Below are positions 50,204-61,408 of a stretch of DNA of 64,000 bases, in pieces. Each line of letters begins with the position of its first letter. Position 1 is the stretch's first letter. Under the pieces are notes generated by a model. That model was not told where the DNA came from. It made no database searches and saw nothing but the letters and a program-made list of their open reading frames with translations. This DNA comes from Macrostomum lignano. Taxonomy: Eukaryota. The DNA is taken from assembly GCA_002269645.1 (NCBI GenBank), contig NIVC01000514.1, positions 248,001-312,000 on the forward strand, written 5' to 3'. The translations under genes and the position numbers were made by a program.

Positions 50204-50807
50204 ATGCCGTAAGTCTGACTATTTCTATTCATCTAACAAATTCTTTATTCATTAAAATTCATTAAAATGCTTTTAATGTTCTCTTCTATTGTTTGACAAA
50301 AATTTCAGAAAAGGCGGGAGAAAACCAATCAAGGTGAGGTCCTACCTGCAGCAGTTCTTTGAAGCCAGGGCGGCAAAGGAAGCTGGCGGCTCTGGTGCGG
50401 GCGATGGGGTCAGCCGTGGGATCAAAGCCGAACGCCTGAGTCTGCTTCAAACGGCAAATTCGCCGCAGCAGTCAAAGTCGCCACAACCGTCTGCAGCGGC
50501 ATCTTCCGGCATCGGAAGCTGGCGCTGGGGCCCGTACTGCGAGTACTTCCCGATCGCCGTCCTGTGCCTTGGCGTCGGCCTCCTGATGCTTGGCTTCGGC
50601 TGTTTTGCCATCCAACAGCTGGGCTCGAATCCACAGCTGCCTGTGCGGGGCCGCGTGCTGTCCGTAGGCCTCGTGGCCGCCGGCTGTCTCCTGGCCTGCG
50701 CGGGCACCGCGGCCAGCCTGATGGCACCGAGTCGAAAATCTTCGTCGGCCGCCGGAATGACCGGCACCGACGTCGAGACTGCTGGAAAGTCCGCCGACGA
50801 AGATTGA
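50204..50807 (+). CDS. Uncharacterised 2-TM protein, ~167 aa; exons 50204-50208 (ATGCC) and 50309-50807
   Basis: ATGCC|gtaagt ... tttcag|AAAAGGC joins in frame to an ORF with two hydrophobic helices (FPIAVLCLGVGLLMLGFGCFAI; VLSVGLVAAGCLLACAGTAASL). Confidence 0.7.
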
Positions 50808-51144
50808 CAGGTGCCGAGCAGGCACTTGCGCCATCACTGTGTAACCTAAGCAAGTTGATGATGGACATCTAAGGACGCGCAAACTCCCCAAAGTTCCGTG
50901 CAGCCGCACTCACGTATTCAAGCAGCTCTCAGCCTGTCTCTGGGATTGTGGCTTTTGCTTCCAAAAGAAGAATAGAGCCAAGATGCGAACGCATCAATAA
51001 ATATTTTAATCTTGCAAATATAACGCAAGTGCTCGCTTGATTGTTAAACTGAGCTAAACTGAATTTAACTCCTATCTGATTAGTCATGCTCAGCAGTGCT
51101 TTTTAAAATGCCAGGACACAGGCGGCTTTACAGTCACTTAGCAC

Positions 51145-52345
51145 CAGGGGTGTCGGAATCGGGGAGGGGGGGCTGGAGCCCCCCACCTTTTAGCATGATA
51201 GCATGTTGGGGTTTTGAGCTTTTGCTTTTCTGAGTCTGGGAGCTAAGGCTACAAGTTGGAGCGAGGGGGCACCACAGCTGAGATCAATGTACATGTACGA
51301 GCTAAGAATAAAGAATGTACAGTGGCCAGTGGGTATAGGGGTATGCACATAACTTGTGAGCCCTTCCTCAAGCGACAAGCCTTCCTTCCTTTCTGTTTCT
51401 GCCCCCCATCACCGCTTGATTGTATGGGCCCCGTCACCCTCAATGGGGTATGTGGACATATAATATAGTTCATGCTGTTCTCAATCCCATTCCACTACAG
51501 TTTTTATTTATTAATGTGCCTAAGCTTCTAGTGTTTGCCCTTTTACTTTGGCGTCTCCGATCGACATTTCGAGTCTGCCACAATCCCAAGACTCAAACCG
51601 CTGCTGGCGCTGCAACCAAAATCACTAAAATGCCATCAGCTAAAAGAATACTCGTAAAGAGACAGCGCCAAGAGGAACTGAAGGAGGCAGTCAAGAGATC
51701 CAGAAAATTAACTGATATACTAAATAATTATATAAAGCCCTTGTGCTGTGCATTGTTTGCAGACGTCAATATATTCTATACCTGCCTGCCTATCTCGTAT
51801 GCACAGAGTGAAGAGCTTGCTGCTCAAGAAATGCTCAATGCTGGGATCAAGGCTGGCACTGACTACTGGCAGGCAAGTTGAAGACAGCACAGATCAGGCA
51901 AACAGTTTCTCCTCAGCACGAGAAGCCGCGCTGTACAGAAAGCATCGAGTGATTTTGCAATTACTGAGAATTTTTGGCCATCTTGAATTCCCAAAAAATA
52001 TTTCCTGCATTTAAGGATTAGCAAGACCCTGTCGGATTTTCCAACAGCTGGCGGTCGCAAATGCTTTCAATGCCTTTATTAATTCCTAAAAATAGGAACC
52101 TGACGAGTCCAGGTGGCCGTGGGCTCGCGCTCCTTCGCTCATTAGCCTCTGACTTCAAAGAGGCGTCCTCAGCCTTGAGACATCCTGCGTCCGGCCAGCG
52201 CCCGGGCTGCACATTTCCGTCTCTCAATTATCATGGCAGCTTTTCTGCAGCTGTTGCAGTCGCTATGCAAACTCGCAGGCGCTCGGAGTCATTGTTTGCC
52301 TCCCTGGTCGGGATTCAGTTGCCGACTGTGCGATTCCGACAGCAG
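51145..52345 (+). mobile_element. Possible decayed hAT-type element
   Basis: Starts CAGGGGTGTCGGAATCGGGG...GGGGGCTGGAGCCCCCC; partial inverted match cgattccgaca at ~52331; peptide SAKRILVKRQRQEELKEAVKRSRKLTDIL recalls hAT/ZMYM1 N-termini. No TSD found. Confidence 0.3.
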
Positions 52346-52384
52346 GAGGGTCATTTGCATGGGGCGAAAACTGAGAGGAGGAAG

Positions 52385-54420
52385 TTGAACTCAAACCCTA
52401 CAGGAAGCTGAGCTCAAAACCTACAGGAAGCTGAGCTCAAACCCTACAGGAAGCTGAGCTCAGACCCTACAGGAAACGGAACTCAGACTCTACAGGAAGC
52501 TGAACTCAAACCCTACAGGAAGCTAAGCTCAAACCCTACAGGAAGCTGAACTCAAACCCTACAGGAAGCTGAACTCAAACCCTACAGGAAGCTGAGCTCA
52601 AACCCTACAGGAAACGGAACTAAAAACCTACAGGAAACGGAACTCAGACTCTACAGGAAGCTAAGCTCAAACCCTACAGGAAACGGAACTCAAACCCTAC
52701 AGGAAACTGAACTCAAAACCTACAGGAAACGGAACTCAAACCCTACAGGAAACTGAACTCAAAACCTACAGGAAGCTGAGCTCAAACCCTACAGGAAGCT
52801 GAGCTCAAACCCTACAGGAAGCTGAGCTCAAACCCTACAGGAAGCTGAGCTCAAACCCTACAGGAAGCTGAGCTCAAACCCTACAGGAAACGGAACTAAA
52901 AACCTACAGGAAACTGAACTCAAAACCTACAGGAAACTGAACTCAAAACCTACAGGAAGCTGAACTCAAACCCTACAGGAAGCTGAACTCAAACCCTACA
53001 GGAAGCTGAACTCAAACCCTACAGGAAGCTGAACTCAAAACCTACAGGAAGCTGAACTCAAACACTACAGGAAACGGAACTCAAACACTACAGGAAACTG
53101 AACTCAAACATTACAGGAAACGGAACTCAAACCCTACAAGAAGCTGAACTCAGACCCTACAGGAAGCTGAGCTCAAACCCTACAGGAAGCTAAGCTCAAA
53201 CCCTACAGGAAGCGGAACTCAAACCCTACAGGAAACGGAACTCAAACCCTACAGGAAACTGAACTCAAAACCTACAGGAAACGGAACTCAAACCCTACAG
53301 GAAACTGAACTCAAAACCTACAGGAAGCTGAGCTCAAACCCTACAGGAAGCTGAGCTCAAACCCTACAGGAAGCTGAGCTCAAACCCTACAGGAAGCTGA
53401 GCTCAAACCCTACAGGAAACGGAACTAAAAACCTACAGGAAACTGAACTCAAAACCTACAGGAAACTGAACTCAAAACCTACAGGAAGCTGAACTCAAAC
53501 CCTACAGGAAGCTGAACTCAAACCCTACAGGAAGCTGAACTCAAACCCTACAGGAAGCTGAACTCAAAACCTACAGGAAGCTGAACTCAAACACTACAGG
53601 AAACTGAACTCAAACATTACAGGAAACGGAACTCAAACCCTACAAGAAGCTGAACTCAGACCCTACAGGAAGCTGAGCTCAAACCCTACAGGAAGCTGAA
53701 CTCAGACCCTACAGGAAACGGAACTCAAACACTACAGGAAACTGAACTCAAACCCTACAGGAAGCTGAGCTCAAACCCTACAGGAAACTGAACTCAAACC
53801 CTACAGGAAGCTGAACTCAAAACCTACAGGAAGCTGAACTCAAACCCTACAGGAAGCTGAACTCAGACGCTACAGGAAGCTGAACTCAGACCCTACAGGA
53901 AGCTGAGCTCAAACCCTACAGGAAGCTGAACTCAAAACCTACAGGAAGCTGAACTCAAACCCTACAGGAAGCTGAACTCAAACACTACAGGAAACGGAAC
54001 TCAAACACTACAGGAAACTGAACTCAAACACTACAGGAAACGGAACTCAAACCCTACAGGAAGCTGAACTCAGACCCTACAGGAAGCTGAGCTCAAACCC
54101 TACAGGAAGCTGAACTCAGACCCTACAGGAAACGGAACTCAGACTCTACAGGAAGCTAAGCTCAAACCCTACAGGAAACTGAACTCAAACCCTACAGGAA
54201 GCTGAGCTCAAACCCTACAGGAAGCTGAGCTCAGACCCTACAGGAAACTGAACTCAAAACCTACAGGAAGCTGAGCTCAAACCCTACAGGAAGCTGAGCT
54301 CAAACCCTACAGGAAGCTGAGCTCAAACCCTACAGGAAGCTGAGCTCAAACCCTACAGGAAACGGAACTCAAAACCTACAGGAAACTGAACTCAAAACCT
54401 ACAGGAAACTGAACTCAAAC
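52385..54420. repeat. 23-bp minisatellite (ctcaaaccctacaggaagctgag), ~88 copies
   Basis: Direct tandem periodicity. Confidence 0.95.
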
Positions 54421-54790
54421 AAAGGGCTTAGAGGAGTCGCACTCATGATAGCTCGACAAGCGCGGCCTTGTACCTTGTTGAGAGATTCAAAAACCCCTTT
54501 CACTTCCAGGGCACTGTTCCAAATGAAGCCGGTGAATGAGATGGCCTGTCTCACAATGGCAGTGTAAATCCACCAGAGGACCGCAGCTGCGTACCCAGCG
54601 CTCGGCATGGTGGATGAAGGCTTGAAGGAGGTCTCTGAGGACCGCGGGTGATGGTCCAGCCACAGTGGCAGTGACATTGTCCGCGTAGTCGATATTTATG
54701 CACGAACTGGCAGCCCCTCCTGCACGGCGCGAGAGCCTGGCTGGAGACGATATGAACCAGAAGCAAGCAAGAAACCACTGCAAATCAGCC
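54421..54790 (-). mobile_element. Internal reverse-transcriptase fragment of a non-LTR retrotransposon (R1/LOA-like), frameshifted
   Basis: DYADNVTATVAG (YADD motif) and, in another frame, WIYTAIVRQAISF...LNKVQGRACRAIMSATPLSP (cf. WIYTAIVRP...LNKVQRLAC..ITGA..TTP). Confidence 0.75.
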
Positions 54791-55757
54791 ATCTTGAAGC
54801 AATTTCCAGCGAGCAGCTGCTCAGTCGCAGCGATCAGATAAAGACAGAAGGCTAAGGAGACTCAGCGATTCGACAATTAGAAATACGGAGCAAAATTTGT
54901 GATTAATCAGCGACTTTGTCAAGGAGAAACAGAACGGCTTCTTATATTAAATATAAATACGGGCTTGTCAGAATTTAAATAGTACAGCGCATGCACTGAT
55001 CATGCTACTGCATCTGAAGCAGCAGCAGTAGAGTGAAATGTAAAATTCGCACTGATATTATTCGCCAAGGCAATCAAAACATAAACAGAAAGTGTCATCA
55101 ATCATGATTGAGCCGATGTGCAGAACTGAAACTTACAAGAATTTTCTTGAATTGCTGAGCCTGTGAATGGCTGGGCAGGGGTGTCAGTGCAGGGCCCGAT
55201 ATGCAGCAAGTATAGGCAGACTGGCCTGAGACTGAGTTCAGCTCGGAAGCGGAGGGGGACACAAACTCGCAGGGGGAACCGGGATACACAGAGTGAACTG
55301 CTCAAGCAAGCGGTAAAAATCCAGCAAAAATCCTCCGTCATCAGTGGAGATTGCCAAGTAAAAACACAAAGTGGACAAGCAGCAAAAAGCCGGGGTTAAT
55401 TGAAGTTCGAAGGCGGCAAAACGAAAAAAAAACAGCTGGCGAGTCAGCGCAGCGAACACAGGGGGTGGCGCCCGGGCTCTGCGTGTAAAATAAGCGAATG
55501 GCCAGGCAGAGATCCGCGCAAGCTGCGCTACTGACAGGCTGTGCAGCAAATGAGAAGCAGTGGCTGCAATTTTCCAGTCTGAAAACGGGGGGCTGCAATA
55601 AGACAGGAGGCGGAGACCAAAGGCGAAGGGAAGCTTGAAAGACTAAGAAAATATTTAAGCCATCAATTAATAAGTTAAAACCGCTGTCCATGCCTACATA
55701 TGTAGAAGCAGTCATGATTGAGTGCTAACCCCAGAATGGACAGAGTAATTAAAAGCA

Positions 55758-56210
55758 GTTGCCAAGCAACCACATAGTAACTGTCTACCTTAGCAACCAC
55801 ATAGTAACCGTCACCTTCGCAACCACATAGTAACCCGTCTACCTTAGCAACCACATAGTAACATCTACCTTAGCAACCACATAGCACCCGTCTACCTTAG
55901 CAACCACATAGCACCCGTCTACCTTAGCAACCACATAGTAACCGTCTACCTTAGCAACCACATAGTAACCGTTTACCTTAGCAACCACATAGCAACATCT
56001 ACCTTAGCAACCACATAGTAACATCTACCTTAGCAACCACATAGCACCCGTCTACCTTAGCAACCACATAGTAACATCTACCTTAGCAACCACATAGCAC
56101 CCGTCTACCTTAGCAACCACATAGCACCCGTCTACCTTAGCAACCACATAGTAACATCTACCTTAGCAACCACATAGTAACTGTCTACCTTAGCAACCAC
56201 ATAGCAACCG
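55758..56210. repeat. 26-28-bp minisatellite (gtctaccttagcaaccacatagtaacc) with a TAGCAAC half X-box in each unit
   Basis: About 16 copies; begins with GTTGCCAAGCAAC at 55758. Confidence 0.9.
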
Positions 56211-56871
56211 TATAACAATCTCACAGCAAACGCCTAGCAATCGGGATCTCTTTTGATTCCCTTAAGTAGTACAGAAGGGCCTTTAAAAGCAGAAAAAGAA
56301 AGCAGACTAAAAGCTCCTGTGGAGACCAAGTGCCCGCGGTGGCCGCTGAGACTTGAATGCCCGTATCTGTCATGGCCCAGCAGTCCGGCCGGCTGATGAC
56401 GCGCGGGACACGCGGGGATAAAAGACGGGGCAGTTAAAGTGCAAACAGTGGGAAGAAGCAACAGGTGTGCAGCGGAGGCGGGCAGCCCCTGCCTGTGAAC
56501 ACGGTGATTCAGGCGCCGGGTGGAATTTAAAAAGGCCGGACTAGAATAAAAAAGCGCAGGGGCGACGCCGCACCGTTCCTTAGCAACAGAGGACTGTAAT
56601 CTCTGCTATGACCGTCCCTGGAGACGGTAGTACAGCTTTGACGGCAGAATTAATCATTTATAAGCAATCAGGATTCGATAAACAATTCCTAATACATATT
56701 TATATATGTTATTAAATACAGTCAGCATGCAGGATACAACAGGCAGCTTTGCCCAGGCATCTAAATAGCTACTAATAGTGCATTGATTGACAATCGGCAT
56801 CACCGGGCCTTCGTTTCAGATGCTTCATCAGCTAATAGGAATTGAAGGTTTTCGAAAATTTGAGTTCCCAT

Positions 56872-57205
56872 CATCGGACAGGTGAGAATCGGACAGGTGA
56901 GAATCGGACAGGTGAGAATCGGACAGGTGAGAATCGGACAAGTGAGAATCGGACAGGTGAGAATCGGACAGGTGAGAATCGGACAGGTGAGAATCGGACA
57001 GGTGAAAATCGGACAGGTGAGAATCAGACAGGTGGAGAAGACCGGCATTCCAACAGCGAATCAGACAGGTGGAGAAGACCGGCATTCCAACAGCGAATCA
57101 GACAGGTGGAGAAGACCGGCATTCCAACAGCGAATCAGACAGGTGGAGAAGACCGGCATTCCAACAGCGAATCAGACAGGTGGAGAAGACCGGCATTCCA
57201 ACAGC
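56872..57205. repeat. 15-bp array (gacaggtgagaatcg) grading into a 37-bp array
   Basis: Period 15 to ~57024, then period 37. Confidence 0.9.
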
Positions 57206-57344
57206 GATTCAGACAGGCAGACAGAGATTGCTTGAAATTTACTGGCCCGGCTCCGCCTGTACTGCAAAATCGATTCTGATGTGTAAAAAATCGCCTACAT
57301 TTACGCGAGTTTCGATACATATCGGCAACTGAATGAAATCTCTA

Positions 57345-58773
57345 TCAGACTCGCAGCTCGGCCATGATGGAGCTGAAGTCGGACAGTCTCTGATAGTCTT
57401 CATCGGGTGGCAGGTTCAAGCCGTAGGGGCACGCCTGGCCCGCCAGATCCTCCGGTTCCGGGTTCGCTGGCCCGCCACCTCCGCTGCCGCCAGCCCCGGG
57501 CGGGACGGGCGGGTGCTCGGAGTAGATGGGGTTCTCCTGCTGCCTGGGCAGCCGCAGCGGGCAGGGCAGCATCTCCGGCATCACGGACAGGTGGCACACC
57601 AGCGACTGCAGGCTGGGCCACTCCTTGGGGAGGCCCTTGAGCTTGACGCCCCTGGCGGTGCGCTGGATCAGGTAGTGCGCGTAGCCCGACGGGTTGTCCT
57701 GGCGCGGCACCCGCACGGACAAGGCGTAGCAGTTCACGTGGGTGCTGCTGTCCCGGACGATGAAGCCGCCGATCTCTTCGCGGCTGAGCAGCTCCAGGGC
57801 GAGGTCGCGGGGCAGGTCGGCCTGGTACCAGGCTGCCGGGGTCAGCTCCGAGGACAGCGGCGGCTCCAGGGTGCGGTCGGAGGACGAGGGTCGCAGGCTG
57901 TCGTAACTGGGAGGAGCAGAAAGTGGATTTGCTTATCAGGCCCTTCATGAGGAAGCCCTGCTTTCATCAAACCCTTCATGAGGAAACCCAGCGTTCATCA
58001 GACCCTTCATGAGGAAGCCCTGCTTTCATCAGACCCTTCATGAGGAAACCCAGCGTTCATCAGACCCTTCATGAGGAAACGCAGCTTTCATCAGACCCTT
58101 CATGAGGAAGCCCTGCTTTCATCAGACCCTTCATGAGGAAGCCCTGCTTTCATCAGACCCTTCATGAGGAAGCCCAGCTTTCATCAGACCCTTCATGAGG
58201 AAGCCCAGCTTTCATCAGACCCTTCATGAGGAAGCCCAGCTTTCATCAGACCCTTCATGAGGAAGCCAGGATTCGCGGGTGCCTCAAAGCAGCCAAGGCA
58301 CAAAAAGTTCTCACCGAAGTGGCAGAGGCGGCGGCGGAGACTCCACATCGGTAGCAGAGGGGGCTGAAGTGCCAACGGAGAAGCCGTTGTTGTTCACAAG
58401 GTTCCTGCCGATGGTCGGGGCGTCCACGGTGTCCCGACCGCCGCCGCTGCCGCCGGCAGCCAAAGCGGCGGGGCCAACCAGGATTCCGCCGCCGGATGTC
58501 ACGGACTGGTCGATGCACTCCTTCAGCACGATGACGGGGTTGCCGTAGGCGGACCGGAAATTCTCCACCGGGGCGCCGGGGGCCGACGGCTGGGCGGGCT
58601 GGCGGCCGCCGCAGGCGTTGCTAAGGGCAAAGGCGTTGATGCGGCGCAGGTAGTCAAGGCTGCTGGGCAAGCCGCTGTTGCTACCGACTCGATTAGGGGC
58701 GCCGAGGGTGGGATCGTTCATCAGCAGTTGCTGGGCGGTTGGAGCCGGCTGCGGCGGCGGGAGCTGCTGCAAT

Positions 58774-58805
<32 letters not shown>

Positions 58806-60203
58806 TTTCTTTCGCTGCTCCTGCTGCTGCAGCGCGTAGGCCAGCTTGAAGCAGTCGCCCAGCAGGTTGTTGAGCTCCTCGGCCAGCTGAGCGCTGTCCG
58901 TGACGAAGGCGTGGCAATACTGCAGACTGACCTGCGTCTTGGGCTCGCGGGCCATGAAGGCGAACTGCTGGTGGTCCGGGTTGCAGTTCGCGTAGGAGAT
59001 GCGGCGAAGGGCGTGCGCCATCAGCACCTGCGGGCCGAAGGGTTGCTCAGTGCTGGCTTGGGGATGCGGATTTGGTGACAATTTACAGAGATGGTCTGTG
59101 GCTGGAGGAGGTCTGTGGCTGGAGGTGGTCTGTGGCTGGAGATGGTCTGTGGCTGGAGGAGGTCTGTGGCTGGAGGTGGTCTGTGGCTGGAGATGGTCTG
59201 TGGCTGGAGGTGGTCTGTGGCTGGAGGTGGTCTGTGGATGGAGATGGTCTGTGGCTGGAGGTGGTCTGTGGATGGAGGTGGTCTGTGGCTGGAGGTGGTC
59301 TGTGGCTGGAGGAGGTCTGTGGCTGGAGGTGGTCTGTGGCTGGAGATGGTCTGTGGCTGGAGGTGGTCTGTGGATGGAGGTGGTCTGTGGCTGGAGGTGG
59401 TCTGTGGCTGGAGGAGGTCTGCGGCTGGAGGTGGTCTGTGGATGGAGATGGTCTGTGGATGGAGATGGTCTGTGGATGGAGATGGTCTGTGGCTGGAGGT
59501 GGTCTGTGGCTGGAGATGGTCTGTGGCTGGAGGTGGTCTGTGGATGGAGGTGGTCGGTGGATGGAGGTGGTCTGTGGCTGGAGATGGTCTGTGGATGGAG
59601 GTGGTCTGTGGATGGAGGTGGTTCTGTGGATGGAGGTGGTCTGTGGCTGGAGATGGTCTGTGGCTGGAGGTCTGTGGCTGGAGGTGGTCTGTGGCTGGAG
59701 ATGGTCTGTGGCTGGAGGTGGTCTGTGGCTGGAGGTGGTCTGTGGATGGAGATGGTCTGTGGCTGGAGGTGGTCTGTGGATGGAGGTGGTCTGTGGCTGG
59801 AGGTGGTCTGTGGCTGGAGGAGGTCTGTGGCTGGAGGTGGTCTGTGGCTGGAGATGGTCTGTGGCTGGAGGTGGTCTGTGGCTGGTCGCTTTCACTAGCT
59901 CAAATCTTTTCAAATGCTATAAAAGCGACCGCTCACCTGCTCCCCAGTGTGGTCGCACACCTTGACGCCAGTCAGGGCGATCCACAGCTGCACGGGCCGG
60001 GACCGGCCGCAGCCCTGCATCGCCTCGAGCTGTTGGTGGACAAACTCCGTCCGCTGCCGCTGGTCGGCGCCCTCCACCGGGAAGGAGCCGATGTAGGCGG
60101 CGCAGCGGACCAGCTTGTCGCCGGAGTGCAGCGCCAAGATGTGCTCGGGCAGCCCCGCACCTCCGACGCCGCCGCTCCCGTTGCCACCCTGCAGAGTGGA
60201 CAT
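57345..60203 (-). CDS. SH2D5: SH2 domain-containing protein 5-like adaptor (PTB + SH2), ~513 aa; exons 60203-59937, 59027-58315, 57906-57345
   Basis: PTB: YIGSFPVE...VLMAHALRRISY...QFAFMAREP...YCHAF...CFKLAY. SH2: WYQADLPRDLALELL...GGFIVRDS...YALSVR...HYLIQ...LVCH. PolyQ linker. The 5' end may extend to an upstream exon. Confidence 0.9.
57940..58265. repeat. 31-bp minisatellite (tcagacccttcatgaggaagccctgctttca), SH2D5 intron 2
   Basis: Direct tandem periodicity. Confidence 0.95.
59090..59883. repeat. 17-bp minisatellite (tggaggtggtctgtggc), SH2D5 intron 1
   Basis: Direct tandem periodicity. Confidence 0.95.
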
Positions 60204-60928
60204 CTGGCTGACTTGGCCTGCGAGGCCCAACTGCCAGACTCCGCACAGGTGTCCAGGTGCAGGCCCTGGTTGGAGCAGCAAAATGGACTGGCCAGAGGAC
60301 GGTCAACGCCAGCAGTTGGCACTGGGCCAGGCGGTGCGCATTGGAGTGGCAGGAATTACTCAGACTGTCAAAAACTGCTAGAGCTGAGCTGCCACAGTGG
60401 GAAGCTGAAAAACAGATGCAGATGCATAGATGGCTTAGTGAATTACCAGTCAGCAGGTACGGATCCAGAAAATTTGAATGAGGGGGGTGCAGATTACTAA
60501 GGTACATGTATATGTATATCATGTACATGTATATATACACAATAATGTGTATTTTCTATATATATAACAAAATATAGGCAATTGATATCAGGCTTCAGTG
60601 GAATCTCCATCTAGCCTAACACTAGCCTATAGACCAACAGCAAATACAAGCTATAAGTGCTCTGTGCTCATTGCCTTACAGAATGCAGCCTACACCTATG
60701 CCTAAGGCTAGTACTATCTATTTGATAACTGGACAATTACATCAATAATATTATAGGTAGAGATACACTAGGCCTACATGGGATAATTGCTAGGCTATCA
60801 ACAAGTTCTAAGGCACTACTCACTTTTTGACTCTTTATCTTGCCATGATGTAGCCATAAAGACTAAATAAAATTAAAATTGAATTTCAGCTAGGCCTAGG
60901 CCATAGAAAAAATATAATATAAAGCCGT

Positions 60929-61240
60929 ATGCCTCTGCAACTATGTGCAGGTGTCATCTACCAATTCCAGTGCTCTGTTGATCAGAGAGTTACCTACCTA
61001 GGTAAATCGAAATGGCACTTGTATGTTAGGGGCAGAGAACACTGGTTAAAGCCATCAGCAGTGCAAGACCATCTTATGGCCTGTAGTGAATGCGCCAACA
61101 GTGAACAAAAGGATAGGTTTACCATCATACACAGTTGCAATATCGATCATTGCCTTAAGATTATTGAAGCTATGTACATTAAAAACTGGCAACCAACTTT
61201 AAATAAACAGTTGGGTTATTCCAGGCCGGTGCTTTCCTGA
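60929..61240 (+). mobile_element. GIY-YIG endonuclease fragment of a Penelope-like retroelement
   Basis: GVIYQFQC....YLGKS...L..R.REH...SAVQDH...C...F.I...LKIIEAMYIK...PTLNKQ, the PLE endonuclease pattern. No RT is adjacent. Confidence 0.8.
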
Positions 61241-61267
61241 GAGTGTTCTAACGTACTTCCACTACCT

Positions 61268-61268
<1 letters not shown>

Positions 61269-61327
<59 letters not shown>

Positions 61328-61330
61328 GTC
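61269..61330. repeat. (CT)n microsatellite
   Basis: Direct reading. Confidence 0.95.
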
Positions 61331-61408
61331 TCAGTTTTGATCTGTTGACTCCCCCCATGTTTTGTTATTACAATTTTGTGCATCACTGACTATCTTTAAT
61401 AAGCCTAG

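Noticed and set aside
54900-55715. Short ORFs between the LINE fragment and the 55.8-kb array
   Set aside because: No recognisable motifs or consistent splice structure.
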